Below the pieces are notes generated by a model. That model was not told where the DNA came from. It saw only the letters and a program-made list of their open reading frames with translations, and made no database searches. From NCBI GenBank assembly GCA_963729855.1, contig CAVSPT010000005.1, positions 1,271,221 through 1,335,220 on the forward strand: a stretch of DNA of 64,000 bases. Direction: 5' to 3'. This document shows positions 37,257 to 47,768 of the stretch, one piece after another. Source of the stretch: Candidatus Aminicenantes bacterium (GTDB taxonomy: Bacteria; Acidobacteriota; Aminicenantia; Aminicenantales; UBA4085). Made by a program: the position numbers and the translations under genes. Position 1 is the first letter of the stretch. The number at the start of each line of letters is the position of its first letter.

Positions 37257-39647
37257 TCAATCACCCCTGCCGGAGGCGGCCGCGGTCCGGACCGACAACT
37301 GGGCGCCGTCCGAAACGATCTCCACGGCCCCGTCCCGGTCCGTGCGCAGGACGCGGACTCCGCGCTCTTCATAGCGGGCCACGACGGCCGGGTCCGGCAG
37401 GCCGTAGCGATTGTCCCGGCCCACGGAGATGACCACAATCGCCGGGGAGACCGCGTCCAGGAATTCCGGCGAGCTGGACGACCGGCTGCCGTGGTGCGGC
37501 GACTTGATCACGTCCGTCCGGAGCGCCCGCCCCGATCGGGCCAGCCGCCGCTCCGCGTCTGCATCGATGTCTCCGGTCAGCAGGAACGCGGTCGAACCGT
37601 AGGTCAGGCGCAGGACGAGCGAGCGCTCGTTTTCGGCCGCCGCCCGGACGGGATCGTCCGCCTCCGGGGCCAGGACCTCGACACGCACGCCGCCGATCGT
37701 CCGCTCGTCCCCGGGTTTCAGCAGCCGGTGGACGGCCGGACCGAGGGCGCGCAGGAGCGCCTCGGCGCCGGCATCGGCGGCCCCCGGCGCGGCTTCCCAG
37801 AATTCGCGGGGACGGAAATTGCGGGCCACGGCGGGCAGGCCGTTGCGGTGGTCGGGATGGGGATGGCTGAGGACGATCGTCCCGATCGTCCGGATCCCCT
37901 TGTCCCACAGGAAAAGGGAAACCACGCTCTCACCGACGTCGAACGTCCCAACGGGAAGGCCGCCGCCGTCGACAAGCATCTTTTCGCGGCCGGGGAATTC
38001 GACCAGGATGGAATCGCCGTGCCCGACGTCGAGGAACGTGACTCGAAGGACCGCGAAATCGACCGGATAGGGATAGAAGGCCAGCAACAGGAAAAACGCC
38101 CCCGAGGCGGCCGCCGTCATCGCTTTCTGGGCCCGGTCGCGCCCCGGCACGAGAAAGAGCAAAAGAGCGATCCAGTAACCGGCGCAAACCCACAGGGGAG
38201 GAGCCGGAACGCGGAAGGACAGGCCCGGCCGGCCTTCCAGCAGGCGCGTCGACCAAAGGAACGCGTCGGTCAACAGACGCAGGACGGCCGCTCCGGCGCG
38301 TACGACGGCCCCGCCCATGAACGTCAGGGGCAGGAAGAGGTATCCGGCGGCCAGCAGGATGGTGGCCACGGGGATGGCCAGGAAATTGAGGAACAAGCCC
38401 GAAAAAGTGATCCTGTGGAAGGAGGACGCCACCAGGGGGAGGACACCGGCTTGGGCGGACAGCGACATGGCCAGCGTGTCCGAAATTTTGAGCGGAAGCC
38501 GGGGCAGCCTCTTCATCAGCGGTTCGAAGAAGAGAAGGATGAACAGGGTCGCCGCATAGGTCAGGGCGAAACCCATGTCGAAAATCTGGAATGGATTGTC
38601 CAGCAGGATGATGAAGGCGCTCAGCCCCAGCGTGTTGAGGAGATGAACGTCCTTCCACAAGAGCCCGCCGGCGAAATAGAGCCCGGCCATGAGCACGGCC
38701 CGGGAAACGGAGGCCTGGCCTTCGATGAGGAGGCCGTAGAGGACGAGCAGAACGATGAGGATGGCCGAGGCGGGGCGCCGGGACACGCCCAGGATCCGCA
38801 GGACGCCGAAGAGCAGGGCGGCGATGATTCCGATGTGCGCTCCCGAGATGGCCAGCAGATGAAGGAGCCCCGTTTCCTGGAGGGTCCGGTTGATGTCGTC
38901 TCCGACCCGGCCGCGTTCGCCCAGGAGAAAAGCCTCCAGCACCGCCCCTTCCGGAAGGATGCCCCCCGGCGCGTCCGGGGCGGCGAACGCGGCTTCCAGC
39001 CGGCGAAGGAAGCTCCGCCGCAGGCGCGAGACGATCCGCCGCAGGGAGAATTTCGGACCGGGGCGGACCATGGCGACCAGGGCGGGGCTCTTGGTTGAAG
39101 CGAGGGCCTGGAATCCTTGGCTCCGCAGGTAGCGGCGGGAGAACGGCTCTTCGAAATTGCGGTATTCCTTGGGCGGAACGATCTGGGCCGAGACCTTTAC
39201 GGTATCCCCGACCAGGACGTCCGGGCGGCCCGGCGATGCGGCGGAGCGGGCGACCGCGATGCGAACCCGGCCGGATGCGGCGATCAAGCGGCCGAGGCGG
39301 CCGATCCGTTCGATCCTCAGAACGAGGAAGTCCCGATCGATCCCCGGAGCCAACGACCGGTCGACCGTCCCATAGAAATCGATATAGGCGTATGGAGGAA
39401 GTCCGGCCAGCGGGTTGGCGGCGTAGCCGGCCTCGGCGGCGGAATAGGCCGTCGCTCCCAGGGAGAGGGAGGAGGCCAGGGCGCAGGCGGCCGCTCCCCC
39501 CAAGCGGTTCCGGACGAAGAACCGCCAGCCCAGCGCGAGAGGGAGGATCAACAGGAGCGCCCCGAGGGCCGGCGGCCAAGGCCGGTGCGCGCCGAGCAGA
39601 AGCCCGGCGACGAAAGGCAGGGCCAAGGCGAAAAGCGGGCAGGACAT
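37257..39647 (-). CDS. comEC: DNA internalisation competence protein ComEC/Rec2 (competence domain + metallo-beta-lactamase domain)
   Basis: Multi-TM core. C-terminal MBL motifs IVLSHPHPDHRNG, …TGDID…, SPHHGSRSS. Confidence 0.85.
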   Translation of the reverse strand: MSCPLFALALPFVAGLLLGAHRPWPPALGALLLILPLALGWRFFVRNRLGGAAACALASSLSLGATAYSAAEAGYAANPLAGLPPYAYIDFYGTVDRSLAPGIDRDFLVLRIERIGRLGRLIAASGRVRIAVARSAASPGRPDVLVGDTVKVSAQIVPPKEYRNFEEPFSRRYLRSQGFQALASTKSPALVAMVRPGPKFSLRRIVSRLRRSFLRRLEAAFAAPDAPGGILPEGAVLEAFLLGERGRVGDDINRTLQETGLLHLLAISGAHIGIIAALLFGVLRILGVSRRPASAILIVLLVLYGLLIEGQASVSRAVLMAGLYFAGGLLWKDVHLLNTLGLSAFIILLDNPFQIFDMGFALTYAATLFILLFFEPLMKRLPRLPLKISDTLAMSLSAQAGVLPLVASSFHRITFSGLFLNFLAIPVATILLAAGYLFLPLTFMGGAVVRAGAAVLRLLTDAFLWSTRLLEGRPGLSFRVPAPPLWVCAGYWIALLLFLVPGRDRAQKAMTAAASGAFFLLLAFYPYPVDFAVLRVTFLDVGHGDSILVEFPGREKMLVDGGGLPVGTFDVGESVVSLFLWDKGIRTIGTIVLSHPHPDHRNGLPAVARNFRPREFWEAAPGAADAGAEALLRALGPAVHRLLKPGDERTIGGVRVEVLAPEADDPVRAAAENERSLVLRLTYGSTAFLLTGDIDADAERRLARSGRALRTDVIKSPHHGSRSSSSPEFLDAVSPAIVVISVGRDNRYGLPDPAVVARYEERGVRVLRTDRDGAVEIVSDGAQLSVRTAAASGRGD

Positions 39648-39662
39648 CGCGGCGGACGCCGC

Positions 39663-40952
39663 TCAGCGGATGTTTTTCTCGACGCCGTTTTGCCGGTCGA
39701 GGCAGTCGAGCAGCAGGTGGGACATGACCTTGATGCCGACGGAGATCGTCCGTTCGTCGGGATTGAAATAGGGGGAGCGGAGCGGAACGGCGGCCTGGAG
39801 GCGGGGGTTGCGGGAGCCGAGGAAGAAAAAGAGCGAGGGGACCTTCTGGCCATAGCGGCCGAAATCGTCGGCCGTCATCTGTGGTTTGATCTCGACGAGC
39901 TTCTTTTCCCCCAGGGCCGCGTCGAACGAGGGCCGCATGAGTTCGAGCAGTTCCGGGTGATTGTACACGGGCGGGACGTCCTGTTCGCAGGCGAACGTGG
40001 CGTCCCCGCCCAGCCCCTGGACGATGCCCTTGACCGCCGCTTCCATGGCCCGCGGAATCCGTTTGCGGCTGCCCTCGCTCAGCGTTCGGATGACTCCATC
40101 GAACGTGACCCGTTCGGCGACGCTGTCGGCCTTGGGCCCGGCTTCCAATTTGCCGATGGTCAGCTGGACCGGATCGGCCGGATCGGACAGGCGGGCGAAC
40201 AGGGTTTGGAGACCGATGATGGCCTGGGCGGCCAGGGCCACTGCGTCCGAACCGTCCTGGATCGGGCCCGGCTTGCCGCGGATCTGGACATGGAAGGCGT
40301 CGGACGCGGCCAGAAAGGGGCCCGAAGCCACGAAGGCCTGGCCCAGCGTCTCCGGCCAGACATGCAGGCCGAAGACGGCCACGACCGGCGGATTGTCCAG
40401 GACGCCTTCCTTGATCAGAAGATCGGCCCCTCCGTCCTCGCCCGGATTGTTTTCGTCGCCCGGCTGGAAGATGAACTTGACGCCGCCGTGGATGCGCTCC
40501 TTGAGCGCGGACAGGACCATGGCCGTGCCCAGCCCGATCGTCGAGTCCAGGTCGTGGCCCGAGGCGTGCATCACTCCGGCATTGAGGGATTTGAAGGGGA
40601 CGTCGGCCATCTCCTGCACGGGGTCGGCGTCCATGTCGGCGCGCAGGGCGATCATGGCCCCCGGCTGGTTGCCGCGCAGAATAGCGATCAAGCCGGTCCG
40701 GCCGACGCCCGTGTGCACGTCGAGCCCGAGCGCCTCCAGGCGGCCGCTGAGAAGCTTAGCCGTTTCCCCTTCGCGTCCGGAAAGTTGGGGGTTCATGTGG
40801 ATGAAGCGCCGGACCTTGATCATTTCGGCCCGCGATTTCTCGATTTCCCGGTCGATGTCGGAGGCCGTTTTCTTGTCCACTGCTCCAGCGGGACGCAGAA
40901 TCGAACAAATTGATAATACAATAAATAATGCCCGTCCCGTGCGGATTTCCAT
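39663..40952 (-). CDS. M20D-family amidohydrolase (N-acyl-amino-acid / hippurate-hydrolase-like), secreted
   Basis: Signal peptide. M20 metal-binding pattern (…HASGHD…, DMDA…). Confidence 0.75.
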   Translation of the reverse strand: MEIRTGRALFIVLSICSILRPAGAVDKKTASDIDREIEKSRAEMIKVRRFIHMNPQLSGREGETAKLLSGRLEALGLDVHTGVGRTGLIAILRGNQPGAMIALRADMDADPVQEMADVPFKSLNAGVMHASGHDLDSTIGLGTAMVLSALKERIHGGVKFIFQPGDENNPGEDGGADLLIKEGVLDNPPVVAVFGLHVWPETLGQAFVASGPFLAASDAFHVQIRGKPGPIQDGSDAVALAAQAIIGLQTLFARLSDPADPVQLTIGKLEAGPKADSVAERVTFDGVIRTLSEGSRKRIPRAMEAAVKGIVQGLGGDATFACEQDVPPVYNHPELLELMRPSFDAALGEKKLVEIKPQMTADDFGRYGQKVPSLFFFLGSRNPRLQAAVPLRSPYFNPDERTISVGIKVMSHLLLDCLDRQNGVEKNIR

Positions 40953-41061
40953 GACCTCTTATATTAAAATGGGCCGTGTTTTTTGTCAAATAAAAGGCTA
41001 CCGCCCTTGCACTTCGGATGCCGTTATGTCATTGATGATCCGTTAAAAGGAGTCCATTCGA

Positions 41062-41544
41062 ATGGACGCTCCATTTCGCCTTTATTATCAATCGCCGATC
41101 GGGCTCGTGGAAATCGCCGGGACGGATACGGCGGTCAAAGGTTTGAATTTCGTCGAGGCCCGCCCGGGAGAGACGACGGACGAGCCTCCCGTCCTGCGCG
41201 ACGCGCTGCGCCAGATCGACGAATATTTCCTCGGCCGGCGGACGGAATTCACCGTTCCTTTGATGACGGAGGGGACCCTCTTTCAAGAAGACGTCTGGCG
41301 GGCGCTCCGGGCGATCGGTTTCGGGACGACGGCCTCCTATCAGGATATCGCCCGGGCGATCGGGCGCCCCGACGCCGTGCGGGCCGTGGGCGCGGCCAAC
41401 GGGGCCAACCCCATTTCCATCATCATCCCCTGCCATCGCATCATCGGCAAGGACGGCCGGCTGACCGGCTATGGCGGAGGGCTGTGGCGCAAGGAGTGGC
41501 TCCTGGCCCATGAACAGCGCGGGCGCGGCCCGCTCTTCGCCTAA
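41062..41544 (+). CDS. ogt: Methylated-DNA-protein-cysteine methyltransferase
   Basis: Active-site PCHRII. C-terminal HTH-like DNA-binding region. Confidence 0.85.
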   Translation: MDAPFRLYYQSPIGLVEIAGTDTAVKGLNFVEARPGETTDEPPVLRDALRQIDEYFLGRRTEFTVPLMTEGTLFQEDVWRALRAIGFGTTASYQDIARAIGRPDAVRAVGAANGANPISIIIPCHRIIGKDGRLTGYGGGLWRKEWLLAHEQRGRGPLFA

Positions 41545-41554
41545 AAAAATCGTT

Positions 41555-42898
<1,344 letters not shown>

Positions 42899-43222
42899 TC
42901 AGGCCTTGGGATCCTCGTCGGGAAGCCCTTCGGGACCGCGCTTGAGGAACTCTTCCTTCTTCTTGTCGATGAACTCGCGGATGGCGTCGAGGCCCTCCTG
43001 GGTTTTTTCGCGGACGACCTTGATGCCCTTTTCCGCTTCCTTGGCGATTTTATCGTAATTTTCCTTGGCTTTCTCGCCCGTTTTGCTGATTTCTTCCTGG
43101 AGCTTCTCGCGGGTTTCCTTTCCGCTGGCGGGGGCGAAGAGCACGCCGACGATGTATCCGGCGGCGGCGCCGATCACGAAGGACACGGCGACTTCAAGAG
43201 CCGAGCTCTTTTCATTCGACAT
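42899..43222 (-). CDS. YtxH-like small membrane protein
   Basis: TM followed by a Lys/Glu-rich helix. The start is probably MSNEK…. Confidence 0.45.
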   Translation of the reverse strand: MSNEKSSALEVAVSFVIGAAAGYIVGVLFAPASGKETREKLQEEISKTGEKAKENYDKIAKEAEKGIKVVREKTQEGLDAIREFIDKKKEEFLKRGPEGLPDEDPKA

Positions 43223-43577
43223 GGTGCTTCTCCTTTTTCTTTTTGATTTGGCGGACAACGAAGCGGACCACGGGCAGGACGAAAGGGAGGAACTTGGCCT
43301 GGGCCGGAAGCAGTTTCGAAGAGAACAGCATGGTCGCCTCGGACAGGCCGACGGCCGCCTTCTTGGACGCGCGGAACGTGTCCCCCAGCTCTTCCACCCG
43401 GGCCTTGATCTCCAGGTCCAGCTCGCTCAGTCGCTGGGTCAGGACGCGGACTTCGGCCAGCGCTTTTTCGGCCTCGGCCGCCGTCCGGCGGAGCTGGATG
43501 AAAAGGCGGAGGAGGAAAACGACGGCGATGACGGCCGCCGCGGTCAGAACGATCAGGAGGATGGAATTCAGCGGCAT
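43212..43577 (-). CDS. DUF948-like membrane protein
   Basis: N-terminal TM plus coiled coil. Overlaps the following gene by about 10 nt. Confidence 0.45.
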   Translation of the reverse strand: MPLNSILLIVLTAAAVIAVVFLLRLFIQLRRTAAEAEKALAEVRVLTQRLSELDLEIKARVEELGDTFRASKKAAVGLSEATMLFSSKLLPAQAKFLPFVLPVVRFVVRQIKKKKEKHHVE

Positions 43578-43722
43578 GGTGGTTCAAACATAGTGGAAAA
43601 AAGAGGATTTGTCAATGAAACGCCGCCCGGCCGATCAGGGGCATTGAACGACCCCCTGGGACTTCTACGCCTCCGCGAAATCCGTGCGATCCGTCTTCGC
43701 CCATATCAAAAACTCCCGGTGC

Positions 43723-44778
43723 TCAGGACACTTCCCGAGCGGCAAAGAATCTTTTCCGGAAATGCAGGGCGACGTTGACCAGCCCGATCATAACTGGGAC
43801 CTCGATAAGGGGGCCGATGACCGCGGCGAAGGCCTCGCCAGAGTTAAGACCGAAGACGGCCACGGCCACGGCGATGGCCAGCTCGAAGTTGTTGCTGGCG
43901 GCGGTGAAGGACAGCGTCGCGGTCTTGGCGTAACCGGCGCCAATTTTCCGGCTCATGAAGAACGAAACCATGAACATGATGATGAAATAAAAGACGAGGG
44001 GCACGGCGATGCGCAGGACGTCGAGCGGGATCTTGACGATGAACTCGCCCTTGAGCGAGAACATGACGACGATCGTGAAGAGAAGGGCGATCAGGGTGAT
44101 GGGGCTGATTTTGGGGATGAATTTCGTCTCATACCAGGTTTTGCCTTTGAGCTTGAGCATCGTGAAGCGGGTGATGATTCCGGCCAGGAAGGGGATGCCC
44201 AGGTAGATGAAGACGCTCCTGGCGATCTGGCCGATGGTGATGGCGACCGCCGTCCCCTTCAAACCGACCCATCCGGGAAGGACGGTGATGAAGACATAGG
44301 CATAGACGGAAAAGAACAGCACCTGGAAGATCGAATTGAAGGCCACCAGGCCGGCGGCATACTCCGTGTCCCCCTTGGCCAGGTCGTTCCAGACGATGAC
44401 CATGGCGATGCAGCGGGCCAGGCCGATGAGGATCAGGCCATACATGTAATGGGGGTATCCGCGCAGGAAAATGACGGCCAGGGCGAACATCAGAAGCGGT
44501 CCGATGATCCAGTTCTGGACAAGAGAAAGGACCAGGACGCGGCCGTTGCGGAAGACGTCCCCGAGCTCCTCGTATTTCACCTTGGCCAGGGGCGGGTACA
44601 TCATCAGGATCAAGCCGATGGCGATGGGTATGTTGGTCGTCCCCGATTGAAACTTGTTGATGAACCGGACGACGGCCTGGACGAAATAGCCCAGGCCGAT
44701 GCCGACGGCCATGGCTGTGAAGATCCACAGCGTCAGGTAGCGGTCGAGGAAGGAAAGAGAACGGGGGGCGTTTTTCAT
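43723..44778 (-). CDS. acr3: Arsenite efflux transporter, ACR3 family
   Basis: [20 protein letters not shown]… and ten TM segments typical of Acr3. ATG at 44778 overlaps the arsR stop. Confidence 0.85.
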   Translation of the reverse strand: MKNAPRSLSFLDRYLTLWIFTAMAVGIGLGYFVQAVVRFINKFQSGTTNIPIAIGLILMMYPPLAKVKYEELGDVFRNGRVLVLSLVQNWIIGPLLMFALAVIFLRGYPHYMYGLILIGLARCIAMVIVWNDLAKGDTEYAAGLVAFNSIFQVLFFSVYAYVFITVLPGWVGLKGTAVAITIGQIARSVFIYLGIPFLAGIITRFTMLKLKGKTWYETKFIPKISPITLIALLFTIVVMFSLKGEFIVKIPLDVLRIAVPLVFYFIIMFMVSFFMSRKIGAGYAKTATLSFTAASNNFELAIAVAVAVFGLNSGEAFAAVIGPLIEVPVMIGLVNVALHFRKRFFAAREVS

Positions 44779-45179
44779 TCGGGCTTCTTTTTTGAGGGAG
44801 CGGCCTCCGATGGCCCACAGCGTTTTCCCCGAATGTCGTCTTTTACGGCGATATCGAGCTCGGCAAGGTCTCGCCGATGGGCGCGGAAATGATCCCGGTC
44901 GCCGGACAGGGCCGGTTGGAGGGCGGCCTTGAGGGCCTCCCGCCCGGCCGGGGCGATCCGGTAAATCATCCACCGCCCCCGCCGTTCGTCTTCAACCAGC
45001 CCTCCGCTGCGGAGAATCTGCAAGTGGTGGGAGATGCGGGACTGCTCCAGCTTCAGGATGAACGTCAGCTCGCGGACGCACAGAGGCCTCTCGAGCAGGA
45101 GCCGCACGATCCGCAACCGGACGGGATCGGCCAGGGCTTTGAAGAAACGGACAGCGTCCGGAGGGCGCTCTTTCGGCAT
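44775..45179 (-). CDS. arsR: ArsR-family metalloregulator
   Basis: HTH …[27 protein letters not shown]…[13 protein letters not shown]. Only one Cys (LCV) sits where ELCVCDL is usual. Confidence 0.8.
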   Translation of the reverse strand: MPKERPPDAVRFFKALADPVRLRIVRLLLERPLCVRELTFILKLEQSRISHHLQILRSGGLVEDERRGRWMIYRIAPAGREALKAALQPALSGDRDHFRAHRRDLAELDIAVKDDIRGKRCGPSEAAPSKKKPE

Positions 45180-45209
45180 GGGTCGACCTCTATCAAATAT
45201 GAAAAAAGC

Positions 45210-45238
45210 ATCATATAGGAGAGGCCAGGGCCTGTCAA
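45210..45238 (-). promoter_or_regulatory. Sigma70 promoter for arsR-acr3 (TTGACA-17-TATGAT on the minus strand)
   Basis: Reverse complement of 45210-45238 gives TTGACA, a 17-nt spacer, then TATGAT. About 25 nt separate it from the arsR ATG at 45179. Confidence 0.55.
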
Positions 45239-45249
45239 TATGATCGGCG

Positions 45250-45278
45250 TTGACAGCGACGGCCACCACAAGTATGAT
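45250..45278 (+). promoter_or_regulatory. Sigma70 promoter for arsC (TTGACA-17-TATGAT)
   Basis: TTGACA 45250-45255, a 17-nt spacer, TATGAT 45273-45278. The GTG start of arsC is at 45312 with a GGAGG RBS. Confidence 0.55.
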
Positions 45279-45311
45279 GATATCTTCATATAAGAAGATT
45301 GGAGGCTGTCC

Positions 45312-45767
45312 GTGAGGGCCGACTCGCCGCCCCGCAAAAAGGTTCTCTTTCTCTGCACCGCGAACAGCGCCCGTTCGCAGATGGCCGAGGCCCTGGTCAA
45401 CCACGACCTGGGCGATCAGTTCGAAGCCTTTTCCGCCGGGACGATGCCGACCGTGCCTCGCCCGGAGGCCCTCCGGGTCCTGGCCGAACTGGGCATCGAT
45501 CATTCTCGGGCGTGGGCCAAATCCATCGATGAATTCGCCGGCCGGACATTCGACTTCGTCATCACCCTCTGCGACGGGGCCAACGAGACCTGCCCCCTGT
45601 TTTTCGGCGGGGTCCGGCGGATCCATATCGGTTTCGAGGATCCCGCGCGGGCCGCCGGGACCGAGGACGAGGTCCTGGCCGCTTTCCGCCGCGTCCGGGA
45701 TCATATCCGCCGCGACGTCGAGGCCTACCTGGCCGGCGCGGACCGGGCGCCCAAGGCCGGAACCTGA
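45312..45767 (+). CDS. arsC: Arsenate reductase, LMW-PTP family (thioredoxin-coupled ArsC)
   Basis: CX5R P-loop CTANSARSQ. Second and third Cys in LCDGANETCP. Confidence 0.85.
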   Translation: MRADSPPRKKVLFLCTANSARSQMAEALVNHDLGDQFEAFSAGTMPTVPRPEALRVLAELGIDHSRAWAKSIDEFAGRTFDFVITLCDGANETCPLFFGGVRRIHIGFEDPARAAGTEDEVLAAFRRVRDHIRRDVEAYLAGADRAPKAGT

Positions 45768-45777
45768 TCCGCGGAGG

Positions 45778-45969
45778 ATGAATTTGCCGATCAGACCCAT
45801 TCTACGCGAAGAGATCCCTTGGTTCCCCACGGTCGACGCCGACCGGTGTACGGGATGCCGGATTTGCTTCGAATTTTGCGTCCACGGCGTGTATGCCTGG
45901 GACGCGGAAAGGAATGCCGCCGTTGTGGCCCGTCCTTACCAATGCGTCGTCGGCTGCAGCGGCTGCTAG
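45778..45969 (+). CDS. Small ferredoxin-like protein (CxxCxxCxxxC … CxxxCxxC-terminus)
   Basis: 63-aa ORF directly after arsC with GGAGG upstream. One complete [4Fe-4S]-type Cys motif plus a C-terminal CVVGCSGC. Confidence 0.4.
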   Translation: MNLPIRPILREEIPWFPTVDADRCTGCRICFEFCVHGVYAWDAERNAAVVARPYQCVVGCSGC

Positions 45970-46050
45970 GACCAATGTGCGGCCGGCGCCGTTTCTTTTC
46001 CGGAGCTCGAGGATATCGCCGCGCTTTTGCGACGGCTAAGGAAGGGCTGA

Positions 46051-46635
46051 TTATTTCCAGAGGATTTTGCGCAGGTCCGTCAATCCCCACTCCGCTTCCA
46101 TCCTGGCCAAGAGAGGCGGGTAGGCCGCTTCGTCCCCGGCCGTGACCGCCGTTTCCCACTCGGCCAGAAGCGGCGCTTCCGTGAACGCGTATTCTTTCTT
46201 CAGGAAAGCGTGGATGCCGCGGAACGACTGCCAATGGGTGATCATGAGCAGGGCTAGGACATAGAAAAAAACGTTCGGACCTGGAAGCGGCATAGTCAAG
46301 GCCGTGAAAGGCAGAAGCAGCGCCTCTCCGAGCAGGATGAAGATGCGGGTCGTGCGCTGCCTGAGAAGAAACAGGCGGAAGCGCAGGCCGATGTGGCTTT
46401 CCTCCTGCGCGCCCGCGTAGAAGACGCGGACATGCGGTTCTTCTATTTTCAGGGCCCGGGCAAAGGCCTGTTCCTGGCGGAAAATGCGCTGGGGAAGGAT
46501 CATCAGCTTGCGCCTGGCCAAATCCCAGGCAACCCGGGCTTTGGTCTTCCTGATGTCGGGCGGGCGCGGAGGATCGGCCGTGAAAAAGCGGAAACTGCGG
46601 CGGACATCGCGGACGAAGTAGAACTCGTTCATCAA
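46051..46635 (-). CDS. Hypothetical membrane protein
   Basis: 194-aa ORF with two central TM segments. ATG overlaps the stop of the upstream BtuF-like gene. Confidence 0.45.
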   Translation of the reverse strand: MMNEFYFVRDVRRSFRFFTADPPRPPDIRKTKARVAWDLARRKLMILPQRIFRQEQAFARALKIEEPHVRVFYAGAQEESHIGLRFRLFLLRQRTTRIFILLGEALLLPFTALTMPLPGPNVFFYVLALLMITHWQSFRGIHAFLKKEYAFTEAPLLAEWETAVTAGDEAAYPPLLARMEAEWGLTDLRKILWK

Positions 46636-46637
46636 AT

Positions 46638-47753
46638 TCAGAACCGGTCGGGATGGAGAATCCGGGCCAGGGCTTCCAGGGCATCGTAGAGCCGCGGGCC
46701 GAAGCGGCTGGCCGCGTTCTGGTCGAGAAAGAGGATGCGGCCGGTCCGGACGGCCTTCAGGTCCCGCAGCCCCGCTTGGGACCGGAACCAGTCGGCGGCC
46801 CGGCGGAAATTGGCTTCGGAGCCGGCCAGGATGACGAAGGCGTCCGGATCGTCGCGAATGAGCGCTTCACGGCCGTATTCGAACCAGCGCTGGCCGATCG
46901 CGGCCGTGATGCTGACGGCCTTGGCCTTGGCTAGCAGATCGTTGAAATAGCTGTCCCGGCCGAACGTCCAGAGCCCCATCCCTTCGAGGCTGAGAAACAC
47001 GCGCGGCGCTTCCCGGACCGCGGACAGCGCGGCCGCGACCCGATCGAGCTTGCGGGCCAGTCCGACGTTCAGTCGGGCGGCCTCATCCGCGCGCCCGGTG
47101 GCCGCGCCGATCCGATCGATCATGTGGGGCACGGAGGAGAGATCGTTCTTGATGTCCAGGGTGAAGAGCGGGACGCCGATCTCCTCCAGCTTGCGCAGCA
47201 CGCTGAGCGGGTTGCCGCGGAAGGCGATCACGATGTCGGGGCCGAGAGCCTTGATCCGTTCAACGTCCGGATCGAGGAAGCCGCCGATCTTCGTTTTCGC
47301 CCGGGCCGCGGGAGGATAGTCGCAATAGCGGGTGACGCCGATGATGCGGTCGTCCAAGCCGAGGGCGAAGAGGATCTCGGTGATGTTCGGGGCCAGGGAA
47401 ATGATGCGCTTCGGCGGCGCGGCCAGGACTAACGTCTTTCCAATGTCGTCGGTGACCCGGACCGCCTGGGCGCGGGAGGGCGCGGGGGCCAGGGCCAAGC
47501 CGATGAGAATGGCGCAAATGAGGGCGAACGGTGTCGGGGGGAAAACCCGTCGACGAGTGAGCGGGCAGGGTCCTTCAATAATGCGCGATGGGTGTGAGAG
47601 TAAGACAGAGTTTTTGTTCGCTGGGCGAGGCGGGTGAGTCTCAAAACCCGTCGACGAGCGAGCGGGCACGGTTCCTCGCCGGGAGGCGAGGAGAGCGAGC
47701 GAGGAGCGGATCGCATTTCCTCGTTGGGGAAATGCGAGCGTTTTGGAACTCAT
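46638..47753 (-). CDS. Periplasmic substrate-binding protein, BtuF / ABC-type cobalamin-Fe3+-siderophore class (Tat signal); true start unresolved
   Basis: Mature domain …ISLAPNITEILFALGLDDRIIGVTRYCDYP… Tat motif TRRRVF plus a hydrophobic core ending AQA. The only in-frame ATG is 80 codons upstream, inside the repeat copies. No cognate permease or ATPase genes are adjacent. Confidence 0.6.
   Translation of the reverse strand: MSSKTLAFPQRGNAIRSSLALLASRRGTVPARSSTGFETHPPRPANKNSVLLSHPSRIIEGPCPLTRRRVFPPTPFALICAILIGLALAPAPSRAQAVRVTDDIGKTLVLAAPPKRIISLAPNITEILFALGLDDRIIGVTRYCDYPPAARAKTKIGGFLDPDVERIKALGPDIVIAFRGNPLSVLRKLEEIGVPLFTLDIKNDLSSVPHMIDRIGAATGRADEAARLNVGLARKLDRVAAALSAVREAPRVFLSLEGMGLWTFGRDSYFNDLLAKAKAVSITAAIGQRWFEYGREALIRDDPDAFVILAGSEANFRRAADWFRSQAGLRDLKAVRTGRILFLDQNAASRFGPRLYDALEALARILHPDRF
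47533..47580. repeat. Structured repeat core, copy B (inside the annotated 5' end of the BtuF-like ORF)
   Basis: GAAAACCCGTCGACGAGTGAGCGGGCAGGGTCC. On the minus strand it encodes GPCPLTRRRVF. Confidence 0.55.
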
Positions 47754-47760
47754 CCGCCGA
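47640..47760. repeat. Structured repeat, copy C (tandem to copy B; contains internal 9-bp and 7-8-bp hairpins)
   Basis: Core CAAAACCCGTCGACGAGCGAGCGGGCACGGTTCC plus hairpins cgcatttcc…ggaaatgcg and cctcgcc-tccc-ggcgagg. Sits immediately 3' of the KaiC-like gene. Confidence 0.5.
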
Positions 47761-47768
47761 GCCCTCCT

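Noticed and set aside
41490-41545. GC-rich hairpin GCGGGCGCGGCCCGC followed by an A-run, considered as a terminator between ogt and eno
   Set aside because: It lies inside the ogt coding sequence. The A-run follows the stem on the plus strand, so a T-run precedes the stem on the minus strand. That is the wrong geometry for an intrinsic terminator on either strand.
47533-47760. Cobalamin riboswitch upstream of the BtuF-like gene
   Set aside because: Only a partial B12-box-like string (GAAGGACCCTGCC / GAGGAACCGTGCC) is present. The GCCACUG element and the other conserved helices of the cobalamin aptamer were not found. The same core also occurs upstream of lpxK, which has no B12 link. It is kept as an unassigned structured repeat.
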